DNA of 64,000 nt. Source: an uncultured Porphyromonas sp. Its GTDB lineage: Bacteria; Bacteroidota; Bacteroidia; Bacteroidales; Porphyromonadaceae. The stretch is taken from assembly GCF_900538385.1 (NCBI RefSeq), contig NZ_UWSO01000004.1; one strand, written 5' to 3'. The position numbers and the translations under genes are program-made. Shown here piece by piece: positions 18,826 through 29,934 of the stretch (positions are counted from its first letter, which is position 1; every line of letters begins with the position of its first letter). The notes under the pieces were generated by a model, which saw only the letters and a program-made list of their open reading frames with translations, had not been told where the DNA came from and made no database searches.

Positions 18826-19389
18826 ATGAAGATTACAAAAGATAGCTACGTAACCTGCGAATACGAACTCTACACAGGTGAAGGAAAGGAAGACATCGTC
18901 GAGAAGGCCACTCCTGAGGCTCCCCTAGCGCTGATCGTAGGAGCTGGATTTCTACTAGAAGCTTTCGAGAAGCAACTGATGGGACTAGAGGCTGGCGACA
19001 AGTTTGACTTTACCCTCAAGCCCGAGGAGGCGTATGGAGAGATCTCTGACGCTTACATACTGGAACTGGAGAAGGATCTCTTCAAAAACGAAAAGGGCGA
19101 ATTCCACTCAGATGTCGTTTTCGAGGGCAACGCTGTCCCTATGCTCGATAACCAAGGCAATCAGCTGGTTGGTATCGTCGAGAAGATCACGGACGATACG
19201 GTGACGATGGACTTTAACCACCCGCTGGCTGGTCAGACGCTACACTTCATCGGATCTGTCCTGGAGGCACGTCCAGCTACCGAGGAGGATCGTCAGAGAC
19301 TGACGGCTCAGTTCTCGGGACATGCGGGCGGTTGCTGCGACGGCGACGACCATGAGGGTGGCTGCTCTTGCTGCAGCGGTTGCCACTAA
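18826..19389 (+). CDS. slyD: FKBP-type peptidyl-prolyl cis-trans isomerase (SlyD-like) with a Cys/His-rich metal-binding tail
   Basis: The FKBP domain with an insert-in-flap begins at 'MKITKDSYVTCEYELYTG'. The C-terminus is 'GHAGGCCDGDDHEGGCSCCSGCH'. The ORF-track start at 18730 would sit within a few bases of the predicted transcription start, so the ATG at 18826 is preferred. Confidence 0.75.
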   Translation: MKITKDSYVTCEYELYTGEGKEDIVEKATPEAPLALIVGAGFLLEAFEKQLMGLEAGDKFDFTLKPEEAYGEISDAYILELEKDLFKNEKGEFHSDVVFEGNAVPMLDNQGNQLVGIVEKITDDTVTMDFNHPLAGQTLHFIGSVLEARPATEEDRQRLTAQFSGHAGGCCDGDDHEGGCSCCSGCH

Positions 19390-19398
19390 GCAATCACG

Positions 19399-20487
19399 AT
19401 GAATAGCTTCGGACGGCATCTGCGACTGACCACCTTTGGGGAGTCGCATGGAGCTGCCATGGGGGGAATCCTCGATGGTATGCCTGCGGGCTTCTTGATA
19501 GATCGGGAGGCCGTGCAGCACTTTGTCAACCTACGTCGTCCGGGCTACTCACGATCTACTACAAAACGCCGAGAGCCAGACGAAGTGGTCTGGCTCTCAG
19601 GCTTGACGGACGAGGGACGGACGCTGGGGAGTCCGATAGCCTTCGTAATACAAAACAAGGACGCTCGCTCTCAAGACTACGCCACCGCTACGAGCTTGGG
19701 CGGAAAGCCCTTTAGAGCAAATCATGCCGACCTGACTTACTGGCTTAAGTATGGCCTCGAGCCGCAGCCTGGTGGAGGTCGGTCGAGTGGTCGTGAGACG
19801 GTCGCTCGCGTGGTGGCGGGAGCCATCGCTCAGCAGTGGTTAGAGCAGCTGCGAGGCGTCACGGTGCAGGCTTTCATACAGCAGGTGGGCACTCTGTCGC
19901 TAGCTGGCGACTACACGACCTACCCTATAGAGCATACTTACGATCGCCTCTGCTACTGTCCCGATGCTGCACTAGATGAGGAGATAGCAGCCTACCTGAC
20001 TAAGGTACAAGCTGATCGAGACAGCGTGGGCGGTGTCGTGGGCTGTGTGGTGCGTGGTGTGCCTGCGGGCCTTGGAGACCCCGTCTTCGACCGCATACCA
20101 GCACTGCTGAGCTATGCCGTGATGAGCATTCCGGGGAGTCGTGCTTTTGCCTTTGGCGATGGCTTTGACCTAGCGGGGCAGCGGGGCAGTGCCGTACTTG
20201 ACGAATTGCTCGCGATGAGCGATGAGAGCAAGGTGACCTTCGGCAGCAATCACAATGGCGGTGCACTCGGCGGGATCACGACGGGACAGGATCTGGTGAT
20301 GAAGGTGGCATTTAAGCCGACCCCGACCATTGCCCGTCCGCAGCATACGCTCACGACCGAAGGGGCGAGCGTGACACACACATTCACGGGGCGTCACGAC
20401 CCGTGCATAGCGCTACGGGCGGTGCCTGTCGTGCAGTCGATGGTGGCTCTTACCCTCGCCGACCTACTGATCACTGTCTGCGATTAG
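19399..20487 (+). CDS. aroC: chorismate synthase
   Basis: 362 aa. The N-terminus 'FGESHGAAMGGILDGMPAG' and the internal 'GGRSSGRET' motif are present. Confidence 0.9.
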   Translation: MNSFGRHLRLTTFGESHGAAMGGILDGMPAGFLIDREAVQHFVNLRRPGYSRSTTKRREPDEVVWLSGLTDEGRTLGSPIAFVIQNKDARSQDYATATSLGGKPFRANHADLTYWLKYGLEPQPGGGRSSGRETVARVVAGAIAQQWLEQLRGVTVQAFIQQVGTLSLAGDYTTYPIEHTYDRLCYCPDAALDEEIAAYLTKVQADRDSVGGVVGCVVRGVPAGLGDPVFDRIPALLSYAVMSIPGSRAFAFGDGFDLAGQRGSAVLDELLAMSDESKVTFGSNHNGGALGGITTGQDLVMKVAFKPTPTIARPQHTLTTEGASVTHTFTGRHDPCIALRAVPVVQSMVALTLADLLITVCD

Positions 20488-21837
20488 TTGCTGGGCAACC
20501 TGTGTGCCTTGCGTGATGCGGTGCGCCATGCCGATACCGTCCCGACAATTGCCCGCAATGATGAGTCCAGGGTAGCGACGCTCTACTTCCGCAATGGCTG
20601 CACAGCGTCTCTCGCTGTCGGCACCGTACTGCGGGATCGCATGGCGATGGCGCGAGATATGCACCATACTGGGCACTATGCGTGGGTCGATGTCGAGCAC
20701 TTTGTAGAGATCCTTGAGTGCCAAAGCTTGCAGCTCTTTCTCTTCCATATCGATTAAGTCGGGGCGTCGCGTGCCTCCCATGAAGATGCTGTAGAGCACC
20801 CCTTCAGCAGTCGGTGTACGGTCGACAAAGCAGTCCGACGGGAAGAGAACCCCGAGGATGTCTACCGGCTCTGACGAAGGCATGAGCGCACCGAAGCCGC
20901 GATAGTTGCTGACCTTACGGTCAAAGCCAACAGCCACCTCCACGATCGGTGCGTAGTAGAGACTTGTAATGGGAGATAAGAGTTCGTCTGGGAGGGTCTC
21001 ACCGAGGAAGCTCGCCAAGGCATGGGCACCTACGGTCGAGACCACGCGCTCGGCTGAGGCTTCGTGTAGCTCTCCGTCTTGCTCGTAGGTGACGAGCCAA
21101 TCGCCCGCTGTGTCCTGTTTGACCGAAGTGACGGTAGCTTCCGTGCGGATGAGGTCCGTGCCAATTTGATCGGCCATCTCGTGGATCATTGTCTCCAGTC
21201 CGTGACGTGCTGAGTAGACCTCTTTGGTGGCTAGGCGATCACGATCACTCTTGGGCTCTTTGGCTTTTGCCATAGCTCCACGGATGAAGCTCCCATACTC
21301 CTGCTCTAGATTGTAGAGCTTGGGAAGTGCGTGGCGGGTCTCCAGCTTCATCGGATCGCCAGCGTAGATGCCCCCGACGAAGGGGTCGACGGCATACTGC
21401 AGGAAGCTCTCCCCTAGACGTCGCTTCGCAAGTGCGCCAACAGATTCGTAGGGATCGGTGCCTTTCTTGCGCCACGGCTCACCGAGCAGACGAAACTTGT
21501 CACTCAGCGTGAAGAGTGGTGTCGTGAGTCCGCTCCAAGGGCCTGAAGGGAGCTGGTGTAGCCTTCCTTTCTTATAGATGTATCGGCAGTTGCCCGCTGG
21601 GGTGGCAGCTTCGTAGCCTGAGGGCAAGAGGGCAAAGAGCTCGGCGACTTCGGGGAAAGAGACCGACCCTGTGTTAGGTCCCGTCTCGAAGGTGTAGCCC
21701 TCTTCCTGCAAAGTGCGTATTTGTCCACCAGCGCGCTCCGCCCCCTCGAGAACGAGCACGGGTATTCCCGCTCTCCGTAGGTAGAGTGCCGTGGTGAGTC
21801 CTGTGATCCCTGCGCCAATGACTATCGTTTGTTTCAT
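20464..21837 (-). CDS. hemY: protoporphyrinogen oxidase (HemY/PPOX-type FAD-dependent oxidase)
   Basis: N-terminal Rossmann motif 'IVIGAGITGLTTA', 'GGQIRT', and the conserved PPOX motif 'DPFVGGIYAGDP'. Its 3' end overlaps aroC convergently by 24 nt. Confidence 0.65.
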   Translation of the reverse strand: MKQTIVIGAGITGLTTALYLRRAGIPVLVLEGAERAGGQIRTLQEEGYTFETGPNTGSVSFPEVAELFALLPSGYEAATPAGNCRYIYKKGRLHQLPSGPWSGLTTPLFTLSDKFRLLGEPWRKKGTDPYESVGALAKRRLGESFLQYAVDPFVGGIYAGDPMKLETRHALPKLYNLEQEYGSFIRGAMAKAKEPKSDRDRLATKEVYSARHGLETMIHEMADQIGTDLIRTEATVTSVKQDTAGDWLVTYEQDGELHEASAERVVSTVGAHALASFLGETLPDELLSPITSLYYAPIVEVAVGFDRKVSNYRGFGALMPSSEPVDILGVLFPSDCFVDRTPTAEGVLYSIFMGGTRRPDLIDMEEKELQALALKDLYKVLDIDPRIVPSMVHISRHRHAIPQYGADSERRCAAIAEVERRYPGLIIAGNCRDGIGMAHRITQGTQVAQQLIADSDQ

Positions 21838-21849
21838 ACTGCGTGACTT

Positions 21850-23163
21850 TTATCGTGATTGTCTAGTGACCATCTCCTGGACGACCGTGAGCAAGCCTGC
21901 GGTGAGCTGGGAGAGTTCGTCGGGTTGGATGATGTATGGGGGCATAATGTAGCAGAGCCGGCCGAAAGGTCGTACCCAGATGCCTAGCTCTACAAAGCGT
22001 CGCTGCATAAAGGCCATATCGACTGGCTCATCTAGCTCGATCACGCCGATAGTGCCGAGGACGCGCACCTCGGTGACCCCGGCGAAGGTGCTGGCAGGCG
22101 CTAACTCACGCTTCAGTTGCGCCTCGATCTTGGCGACACGCTCTAGCGTTGGTTCACGCTGCAGGAGTTGCAGGCTGGCGAGGGCTACGGAGCAAGCCAA
22201 AGGGTTGGCCATAAAGGTCGGCCCGTGCATAAAGCAACCCGCCTCGCCACGACAAACGGTCTCAGCGACGCGCTGCGTCGTGACAATGGCGGAGAGGGTC
22301 ATATAACCTCCCGTGAGAGCCTTGCCGAGGGTGACGATGTCGGGCAAGACGCCCGCATGCTCCATCGCAAACATACGGCCCGTACGTCCGAAGCCGGTGG
22401 CTATCTCGTCGAAGATCAGCAGCACGCCGTACTGGTCGCACAGCTTACGCGCCTCCACGAGGCAGTTGGGATGGTAAAAGTACATACCGCCAGCTCCCTG
22501 CACGATAGGCTCTAAGATGAGTGCTGCGATCTGCTCGCCATGCTGAGCAAGCACTTGACGGAGAGGCTCCATAGCATCGTCACGCCATGGCTCGCCCCAC
22601 TTGACCGAAGGCGGCGCGAGGAAGTGTTGCTGCGGGAGTGCCGTGCCAAAGATACTATGCATCCCCGTGACGGGATCGCAGACACTCATAGCGTGCCAGG
22701 TGTCGCCGTGGTAGCCTCGACGAATGGTGACGAAGTGATCTCGCTGCGTCTCACCGAGGGACTGCTGGTACTGGATCGCCATCTTGAGCGCCACCTCGAC
22801 AGCCACCGAACCGCTGTCGGCGTAGAAGATCCAGTCGAAGCCATCGGGAAGCATCTTCAGGAGTTCCTCCCCGAGCGCTATGGCAGGCTGATGCGTTAGC
22901 CCGCCAAACATGACGTGACTCATCTTCCCTATCTGCGTCTCCACGGCAGCATTGAGCACAGGGTGGTTGTACCCGTGCACAGCGCACCACCAGGAGCTCA
23001 TACCGTCGATCAACTCTGTGCCGTCGGCTAGGTAGATGCGTACCCCCTCAGCGTGCGATACAGGGTAGACTGGTAGCGGATCTTCGGTGGAGGTGTAGGG
23101 ATGCCACAGGTGCTTGTGATCCCACTCTAAGGCTTGCTGGACTGTTGGGTCGTATTGCTTCAT
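21850..23163 (-). CDS. bioA: adenosylmethionine-8-amino-7-oxononanoate aminotransferase
   Basis: 437 aa class-III PLP aminotransferase. It lies immediately downstream of bioB in the same orientation. Confidence 0.8.
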   Translation of the reverse strand: MKQYDPTVQQALEWDHKHLWHPYTSTEDPLPVYPVSHAEGVRIYLADGTELIDGMSSWWCAVHGYNHPVLNAAVETQIGKMSHVMFGGLTHQPAIALGEELLKMLPDGFDWIFYADSGSVAVEVALKMAIQYQQSLGETQRDHFVTIRRGYHGDTWHAMSVCDPVTGMHSIFGTALPQQHFLAPPSVKWGEPWRDDAMEPLRQVLAQHGEQIAALILEPIVQGAGGMYFYHPNCLVEARKLCDQYGVLLIFDEIATGFGRTGRMFAMEHAGVLPDIVTLGKALTGGYMTLSAIVTTQRVAETVCRGEAGCFMHGPTFMANPLACSVALASLQLLQREPTLERVAKIEAQLKRELAPASTFAGVTEVRVLGTIGVIELDEPVDMAFMQRRFVELGIWVRPFGRLCYIMPPYIIQPDELSQLTAGLLTVVQEMVTRQSR

Positions 23164-23166
23164 AGT

Positions 23167-24177
23167 TTAAGCGGTTTCTTCGGTACGCCAATCCTTTTCG
23201 TTGGTGTTGCGATAGCCCATCTCGGCGATGAGCTGCATGTCTTCGCGAGCCTGCATGCCGCTGGTCGTCAGCATGTCGCCCGTGATGGCACTATTGATAC
23301 CGATGTACATAGCTTGGCGCATCACCTCTGGCGAAAGCCTCAGCCGACCTCCACTAAAGCGCAGGAAAGCCGTCGGATTGATCAGACGAAAGAGTGCTAC
23401 CGTACGCAGGTACTCCTCGTCCGTCAGGCGAGGCTCCTCGGCTAGTGGCGTCCCAGCGATCGGTTGGAGTATATTAATAGGTATGGAGCGTATGGCGAGC
23501 GAACGGAGATAGCAGGCGAACTCGATGCGCTGTGCCATCGTCTCGCCCATGCCGAAGATCCCTCCCGAGCAAACCTGCAGCCCTACCTCACGAGCCCAAC
23601 GAATGGTCTGCTCTTTCTCCGCCTGCGTGTGAGTCGTGCAGAGCTTGGGAAAGTGTGACGGAGCGCTCTCCAGATTGCAGTGATAGGTGGTGACACCTGC
23701 CTCGTGAAGGCGTCGTAACTGCTCTTTCGTCAGTAGTCCCATAGAGGAGCAAAGCTTGATGTCGCTCGCCTGATGCATCGCCTCATAGTGCTGAGCGATA
23801 CGCTCTATCTCCCGATCACTCTGCCCTCGGCCACTAGCAACGAGTGCAATGCGCCCGATGCCTGCCTGGCGATTGGCCCGTGACTCAGCCACGCACGGCT
23901 CGACATCCAGCAGCGGATAGGCATCTGCCTGCGTATGGTAGTGAGCACTCTGCGCGCACCAGTGACAATCCTCGGAGCAGTGTCCGCTCTTGACGTTGAT
24001 GATCGAGCAAGTGTCGAAGGCGTCTCCCATACAGTGCCGCGTCACGCGGTGCGCTGCCTCGTAGAGAGCCTCGCTAGTCGCTTCTTTGGCGAGTTGGAGT
24101 GCTTCTTCTTGTGTTACCTCCACGGGATCGGAAGAGCAGAGAGAGGTGACGATGTCTGATAAAGGTCTCATGAGCAT
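23167..24177 (-). CDS. bioB: biotin synthase
   Basis: Radical-SAM '[11 protein letters not shown]' motif. Size and C-terminal motifs fit BioB. Confidence 0.9.
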   Translation of the reverse strand: MLMRPLSDIVTSLCSSDPVEVTQEEALQLAKEATSEALYEAAHRVTRHCMGDAFDTCSIINVKSGHCSEDCHWCAQSAHYHTQADAYPLLDVEPCVAESRANRQAGIGRIALVASGRGQSDREIERIAQHYEAMHQASDIKLCSSMGLLTKEQLRRLHEAGVTTYHCNLESAPSHFPKLCTTHTQAEKEQTIRWAREVGLQVCSGGIFGMGETMAQRIEFACYLRSLAIRSIPINILQPIAGTPLAEEPRLTDEEYLRTVALFRLINPTAFLRFSGGRLRLSPEVMRQAMYIGINSAITGDMLTTSGMQAREDMQLIAEMGYRNTNEKDWRTEETA

Positions 24178-24314
24178 TCTATTGTATATCTATAATCGAA
24201 TGGACGCATCGCCCACCCCTTGCTTAGTAAAGGAGTCTGCGATACGTCCATCGTTATTGGTGGAGAATTGATACAGTCTTTTGTTGGAGACTGTTATCTC
24301 ATAGTACAGCCTCT

Positions 24315-26354
24315 TTAGTCAGCCGTAGCGCGCTCGAGTCGCTTCATAACAGCAAATATGAAAGCGGCAGAGAGGAGACAGCAGATGATTAGCACGCCCC
24401 AGTACCAGCCCATAGGCATCTTGTCCCAGAGAGAGCCCATCACGCCGACGAGCAGGTTACCGATAGCGGTTGCTGCGAGCCATCCACCCTGCATAAGACC
24501 AGCGTACTGTGGAGGAGCTACCTTAGAGACGAAGGAAAGACCCATCGGACTGAGGAAGAGCTCAGCAAGTGTCAGTACGAAGTAAGTACCGATCAGCCAA
24601 TTGGGCGATACGAGCGTATCACTGGTACCATGGATATGAGCAGGAGCAGGCAGTGCGTATATGATCGTTGGGATCAGTAGCACGCAGAATCCGATAGCTG
24701 CTAGGAGCATACCGATACCGATCTTGCGAGGAGCTGAGGGCTCCTTACCACGATTGGCTAGGTAACCAAAGAGACCTACCGTGACAGGCGTTAGCAGGAT
24801 GATGAAGAACGGGTTGAACTGCTGGAAGATCTGAGGTGTAATGTTTTTCAGAGCATCACCGATAGGCTTGATGTCTACGAAGTATCCACCAGCGAGACCA
24901 GCGATACCTAGCACGACGAGGACTAAGCCTGTCTTGACATTTTTCTTACCGCCTAGTAGTCCGAAGGTAGAAAGGTAGATACCATACATAAAGCAGATGA
25001 AAGGTATCAGCATCAGTAGACTAAACGGCATATAGCCCGCAGCGTCTACACGTGATACGGTATAGTCTCGTGCGAAGAAGGTCATCGTCAAGCCGTTCTG
25101 GTGGAAAGCCATCCAGAAGAAGATCACAACGAAGAAGACCAGTCCTAGTGCGATGAGACGCTCCTTAACCTCAGCCTTAGACATCTCGACGACATGCGCT
25201 GAGCTGTCGCCCTGTGCTGCCATAGCCTTAGCTTGCTTGACGGTTACGTCTGCTGCCTTCCAGGTCTTACGACAGAGTACGAAGATCAAGATAGATATGA
25301 TCAAGCTGATACAAGCCACAAAGAACGAGAGACTATAAGACTGTGACAAGGTCGTCGACACATAGTGCTCACCGAAGGCACGCTCGAAGCTCAACTCCTG
25401 AGCTGCTTCACCCTTGTCTATGCGCTCCGCATTGAGCTTACTGTTTAGATCAGCCGTCCACTCAGCTGGGATCTGAAGCATAGCCACACGCTCATTGATG
25501 GCGAACTTGGCAGGCTCGTCCTTTGCATCGCGACTGATGAGGATCTCATGGTCAGCATCCGTGATCTGCAGTTGCGGATCAGTCACTAGCCCAGCTTTAG
25601 TATACTGGCGGAGAGCTGCTATACGTAGGTCGTGAAGAACCTGAGCCTCGTCCTCGGGGAACATGACGCCAGCCTTCTTCTTAGCAGCTGTAACCTTTTG
25701 ACTCTGCTCTTCAGCCGTCAGCTGAGCATACTCAGGGTGCTTAGCTTGTAGCTCTGCGATAAAGGCATCGGCATCGACTGTCTCATCGTTGAGCTTATTG
25801 TAGTTTGCGGGAATGGTTGCATCGTAGAAGTAGTTCTCCTTAGCTAGTACATTGTTCGTAATCCAGTTACCCATGCTAGGAGCAAAGAAGGCACCGATGT
25901 TGATGAACATGTAGAAGATAGAGAACGCCATATCACGTCCCTTAGAGTAGCGTGGGTCGTCATATATCTTACCCACGAGTGCTTGTAGGTTACCCTTGAA
26001 GAGTCCCGTACCAGCAGCGATGAGGAAGAGGGACAAGAGCATGATCGTGACGCCAGCAGCTCCAGAACCAAAAGGTAACCCTAGGAGGAGGTAACCAGCG
26101 AACATGATCGTGACACCTGTAAAGATGGTCTTACCATATCCGAGCCATTTATCAGCTATGATACCACCGAAGATTGGGAGGAAGTAGACTAGCGCTAGGA
26201 AGGTACCATATAGCATACTAGTCGTTGCCGAGGAGAAGCCGAACTTCGCCTGTAGGTAGAGCGTCAATATGGCTAGCATCGTGTAGTAGCCAAAGCGCTC
26301 TCCCATGTTCGTTAGGGCTAATACGATAAGCCCCTTGGGGTGTTTATTTTCCAT
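24315..26354 (-). CDS. proton-dependent oligopeptide transporter (POT/PTR2 family) with a large internal hydrophilic insertion
   Basis: The POT signature near the N-terminus is 'GERFGYYTMLAILTLYL'. There are ~14 TM segments. A ~200-aa soluble insert makes it longer than the canonical ~500 aa. Confidence 0.8.
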   Translation of the reverse strand: MENKHPKGLIVLALTNMGERFGYYTMLAILTLYLQAKFGFSSATTSMLYGTFLALVYFLPIFGGIIADKWLGYGKTIFTGVTIMFAGYLLLGLPFGSGAAGVTIMLLSLFLIAAGTGLFKGNLQALVGKIYDDPRYSKGRDMAFSIFYMFINIGAFFAPSMGNWITNNVLAKENYFYDATIPANYNKLNDETVDADAFIAELQAKHPEYAQLTAEEQSQKVTAAKKKAGVMFPEDEAQVLHDLRIAALRQYTKAGLVTDPQLQITDADHEILISRDAKDEPAKFAINERVAMLQIPAEWTADLNSKLNAERIDKGEAAQELSFERAFGEHYVSTTLSQSYSLSFFVACISLIISILIFVLCRKTWKAADVTVKQAKAMAAQGDSSAHVVEMSKAEVKERLIALGLVFFVVIFFWMAFHQNGLTMTFFARDYTVSRVDAAGYMPFSLLMLIPFICFMYGIYLSTFGLLGGKKNVKTGLVLVVLGIAGLAGGYFVDIKPIGDALKNITPQIFQQFNPFFIILLTPVTVGLFGYLANRGKEPSAPRKIGIGMLLAAIGFCVLLIPTIIYALPAPAHIHGTSDTLVSPNWLIGTYFVLTLAELFLSPMGLSFVSKVAPPQYAGLMQGGWLAATAIGNLLVGVMGSLWDKMPMGWYWGVLIICCLLSAAFIFAVMKRLERATAD

Positions 26355-26393
26355 ATGAATGGTTCGTTTATAGATTAGTATTTTTCAAGTTAT

Positions 26394-27503
26394 TCATTGC
26401 TGCGGCAGTTCGATCAGCTCAATAGAGCCACTCGTGAGGTCGAAGTAGATTGTGTAGGGGAGCTGCCCCAGCTTGTCCGCACCTAGCTTGTGCTCTAGGA
26501 GTGCTGCGCGTCCCCACTGCGCCACAGAGAGCTCTAGCGTGATCGCCTGGCTGCGCTCGGGGAGCTGTAGCGATACACGAGCGCGTCCTGGCTCGATGTA
26601 GCGGAGTGACTTGCTCCTGGTCAGTTTATGCAGCTCGGCATCGCTCTGCGTCGCAGGGCGCTTCACTGCTTCTACATTTACATATATAGGAGCACCCGAT
26701 AGGTCCTTCTTGTCAACCAAGCCGTACTGCGGAGCGAAGCGAGCTACCACCTGTTGCGAGATCGGCTCGTCAATGGGTATATCCACCACCTCCTCGTAGT
26801 ATCGCTTCGTAGTACGACCTGCGAAGAGTGCTTGCAGCGCTGCTATCTCTTTGTCCAGCCCGTCTAGAACCATCTTGAGCGCTGGTCCATCGCACGGCAT
26901 CGTCTCGACTTGACCCGAGAGCAGCTCCACACGGCGCTCTCGTAGCTCGAAGAGTCGACTAGCTGCTACCTCTGCCTGCTTGGCACGCGAGGTCGCTAAG
27001 GCATACTCTTGAGGCAGTGCTTGACTAGCCTCCTGCTGGGTTACCCCCTTAGGGTAGTCTGCGAGGTAGTCTGTCGTGGCGGGTTGGTACGCTTTGCCAT
27101 GGAGTGAGTAGAGCAGTCCCTCAGGCGTTAGTGCCGCCAGCTGCTCGACAGAAGGCGTCGCCACCGACTGGATCAGATAGCCCTGTGTTGTGTCGGGTAC
27201 TCCATGAGCATGCATCGCCACACGTTCTATCTGGTAGCGTGTCGTAGGCTGCGTGGCATAGCTCTCACCTAGATACCTAGAGGCATAAGCGACCAGTGCA
27301 CCAGGCTCAAACTGCGCCTCCGAGAGGACAAAGTGTATGCGTAGTTGTGTCTTCGGTAGATAGTAAACGACCCCGTTCGCAGGCTGTTCGCCAGCCACGT
27401 ACGGAGTCACAGTCGCCTGACGAGTAGCGCAGCTTGTGAGCCACACCATCGCCATCGCAAGAACCCATCTAGTTAGTCGGACCAAGGTCTGAGATCTGTA
27501 CAT
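26394..27503 (-). CDS. hypothetical lipoprotein
   Basis: Signal 'MAMVWLTSC'. No recognisable motif. Confidence 0.45.
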   Translation of the reverse strand: MYRSQTLVRLTRWVLAMAMVWLTSCATRQATVTPYVAGEQPANGVVYYLPKTQLRIHFVLSEAQFEPGALVAYASRYLGESYATQPTTRYQIERVAMHAHGVPDTTQGYLIQSVATPSVEQLAALTPEGLLYSLHGKAYQPATTDYLADYPKGVTQQEASQALPQEYALATSRAKQAEVAASRLFELRERRVELLSGQVETMPCDGPALKMVLDGLDKEIAALQALFAGRTTKRYYEEVVDIPIDEPISQQVVARFAPQYGLVDKKDLSGAPIYVNVEAVKRPATQSDAELHKLTRSKSLRYIEPGRARVSLQLPERSQAITLELSVAQWGRAALLEHKLGADKLGQLPYTIYFDLTSGSIELIELPQQ

Positions 27504-27546
27504 AATCTACCAATGAAAAATAGACTTGGCACAAAGATACGAAAAA

Positions 27547-27660
27547 GAGATTAGAGACTAGAAATTAGAGATTAGAAGACTTTCTCTAGGAGCAGTAGTA
27601 TTTCCTAGGAGCGCTAGAGGTACTAGAAACACTAGCACCACTAGAAGACCTAGTATTCCC
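27547..27660. repeat. family C tag-rich low-complexity repeat ('ttagag/ttagaa' and 'ctaggag' units)
   Basis: 'gagattagagactagaaattagagattagaagac...ctaggagcagtagtatttcctaggagcgctagaggtactagaaacactagcaccactagaagacctag'. Related strings lie at 13750..13770 (reverse orientation) and 63181..63300. Confidence 0.45.
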
Positions 27661-27670
27661 ATCCAACAGC

Positions 27671-27860
27671 TCTCCACCGAGGAAATCCGAATTTCTTCGG
27701 TGGAGTTTTTTCCTTCCCCAGTGAAGAACGAAAAAATTCTTCGGACTTATCATTTCATTCTTCCGAAGTTTCATTTGATTCCTCCGAAGAATTTTTCATT
27801 TCTTCCGTGGAGAATTTTCATTTTCCAGCGAACTATTTGGTGTTTTCTTCGGACGCACTG
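27671..27860 (+). repeat. family A repeat copy 3
   Basis: Hairpin 'ctccaccgaggaaatccgaatttcttcggtggag' plus T6, then 'gaagaacgaaaaaattcttcggacttatcatttcattcttccgaagtttcatttgattcctccgaagaattttt...gaactatttgg'. No co-directional gene lies upstream, so the hairpin belongs to the element rather than serving as a gene's terminator. Confidence 0.75.
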
Positions 27861-27966
27861 ACGAGTAAGTCCACCGATATTGTTTCGAGCAGTTGACTTT
27901 ACAGCAGCTTTGTACGAGGCATTAATCTGCACATCAATGTTTTTTGTACTTTTGTACGAATCAATC

Positions 27967-29916
27967 ATGCAAAGCAAAAGTCCTATGACACAACGACTAC
28001 ACAGTTTACTACTTCTACTTACAGCGCTGCTACTAGGGCAGGCGATCTGTACCGCACAAGCCCCCGCTGAGACCGCTCAGATCGAGCTGATCGTACCTAA
28101 GGGTACGCAGTATGTCAACTTTGAGGTAACCTACCTTGAAGGTGCCGAGGCGAGCAGCATTGACTTTGGTGATGGCATCGTAGAGCCGTACAAGGGACGC
28201 GCTCAGCTTGTCACCCATAACTACGGCTCCGCGATAACGGAGGAGATGATCATCAAAATTGACGCCGCCAAGCTCACTCGTCTGCGTAATGCCTCGCAAG
28301 GGTCTCGCAATCTAGCTCCAGGCTTCTCAGGCTTTGGCAAAATTGCAGCTCCAGAGTTGGAGATGCTTCGTCTAGGTATCAACAACTACACGCTCCGAGA
28401 TAGTCGTGAGCAAATGGTAGACCTATCTGAGTGTCCTAAGCTCGAAGAGGTTTACCTACACAATGTGCCAGGAGTCAAGCTGCCTACAGAGCTCACGGCT
28501 CTGAAAAAAGTCGCTTTCTACAGTTCCGCTTCTAGCACAGATCGAAACTATGCGACTCTCTCTAACAAGCATCTAGACCTATCAGGCTACACAGCTTTAA
28601 AGGAGATCGATATACAGCGTCAGCCCAACCTAGAGACGGTCGACCTGACAGGTCTGACCGTCCTCACCAAGCTCACCATCAAGCAGTGCAATCTCTACAA
28701 GATCGACGGTATCAAGGATCTAGCAACGCTCACGGAGGTAGACCTCTCGCGCAATTACCTCCCCTACTCTTCGTTACCGCTCAAGCGTCCGGCGCTCACC
28801 AAGTTTGAATATGGGCAGGCTGGCATACGCCTAGCTCCTGAGTGCGTGGACAAGAACACGATCCACCTAGCCGATATGCTCGAGGTGAAAGATGCCGACG
28901 GTGTAGCACAGCCTACCACAATCAAGCAGGTTCGACAGCTCAACACGCCACGTACGCTCAAAGAGGGACAGGACTACATCCTCAAGGGGAGCGATCTCAT
29001 CATCCTCGAGCGTGGCTTCGGTGGCTTTGGCGGCGACAACCCGCTAGACGCTATCCAGCTAAGCATCAAGACCACCAATGTCTACTACCCCGACTACGGT
29101 AAGAGCAGGTATGAAGATCCTGAGCTCAAGCTATACATCGCTCGCGAGGGCGCCGTCTATCCTGGGGAGAAGCAGCTGCTCACCTTCTCTGCTGGTGAGG
29201 GTGGGTTTATCAAGGCTATGGCAGGCGACACTGAGCTCGCCACTGGAGCCGAGGTAGAGCCTGGCACACCGCTCACCTTCACCGCAACTCCTGCTGATGG
29301 CTATATGATCACCGAGTGGCGCGTCAATGACAAGGTCCAGATGACCCCAGGACTTGACAAGAAGCCGATTACGGATGCTACCTTTAAGGTCAATATGTAC
29401 AGTGAGCCGATGACGGTGACCGTCTCCTTTGCCAAGGCTGAGGACAATTATGCTGTCACCTTCTCCAAGGAGGGCGAGGGCAAGCTGACGGCCACGGTCG
29501 ATGGCAAGCCATTTACCTCAGGAACCTTCGTTGCCAAAGGTACGAAGGTGCTCTTCGAGGCAGAAGCCTTCATGGGCTACACTGTTGAGAAGTGGCTGGT
29601 CAATGATGAGGTCATCCCCGTTCATGAGCTGCAAGCAAGCTACACGCTGACTGTCGACAAGACATCGGATGTCAAGGTGTTCTTTGTAGTTTGTGACGCG
29701 ATCGATGCAGTCAGTGCCACACGCTATCAGATCGCTCAGACCGATCAGACGCTCACCGTACTGGGCACTGCGGCTAACGAGACAATCGGTCTCTACACGC
29801 TCACGGGCACTCCAGTCGCTGCGGCGACGGGAGACGCCACGCTCTCCATCGCACAGCTCCCCGCTGGCGTCTACCTCCTACAGATCGGCAACGACTGGGT
29901 CAAGGTAACGCTCTAA
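27967..29916 (+). CDS. leucine-rich-repeat surface protein with a T9SS C-terminal sorting domain
   Basis: Signal peptide 'LLLLLTALLLGQAICTAQA' from the ATG at 27967. It has LRR units and the C-terminus 'LPAGVYLLQIGNDWVKVTL'. It is a paralogue of 17081 and 46276. Confidence 0.75.
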   Translation: MQSKSPMTQRLHSLLLLLTALLLGQAICTAQAPAETAQIELIVPKGTQYVNFEVTYLEGAEASSIDFGDGIVEPYKGRAQLVTHNYGSAITEEMIIKIDAAKLTRLRNASQGSRNLAPGFSGFGKIAAPELEMLRLGINNYTLRDSREQMVDLSECPKLEEVYLHNVPGVKLPTELTALKKVAFYSSASSTDRNYATLSNKHLDLSGYTALKEIDIQRQPNLETVDLTGLTVLTKLTIKQCNLYKIDGIKDLATLTEVDLSRNYLPYSSLPLKRPALTKFEYGQAGIRLAPECVDKNTIHLADMLEVKDADGVAQPTTIKQVRQLNTPRTLKEGQDYILKGSDLIILERGFGGFGGDNPLDAIQLSIKTTNVYYPDYGKSRYEDPELKLYIAREGAVYPGEKQLLTFSAGEGGFIKAMAGDTELATGAEVEPGTPLTFTATPADGYMITEWRVNDKVQMTPGLDKKPITDATFKVNMYSEPMTVTVSFAKAEDNYAVTFSKEGEGKLTATVDGKPFTSGTFVAKGTKVLFEAEAFMGYTVEKWLVNDEVIPVHELQASYTLTVDKTSDVKVFFVVCDAIDAVSATRYQIAQTDQTLTVLGTAANETIGLYTLTGTPVAAATGDATLSIAQLPAGVYLLQIGNDWVKVTL

Positions 29917-29934
29917 CGTGTAACAACTTGACGT

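Noticed and set aside
27671-27710. Hairpin plus T-run at 27671 taken as a gene terminator
   Set aside because: No co-directional gene lies upstream, since the neighbouring gene is on the minus strand and starts at 27503. The hairpin is therefore part of the repeat element itself.
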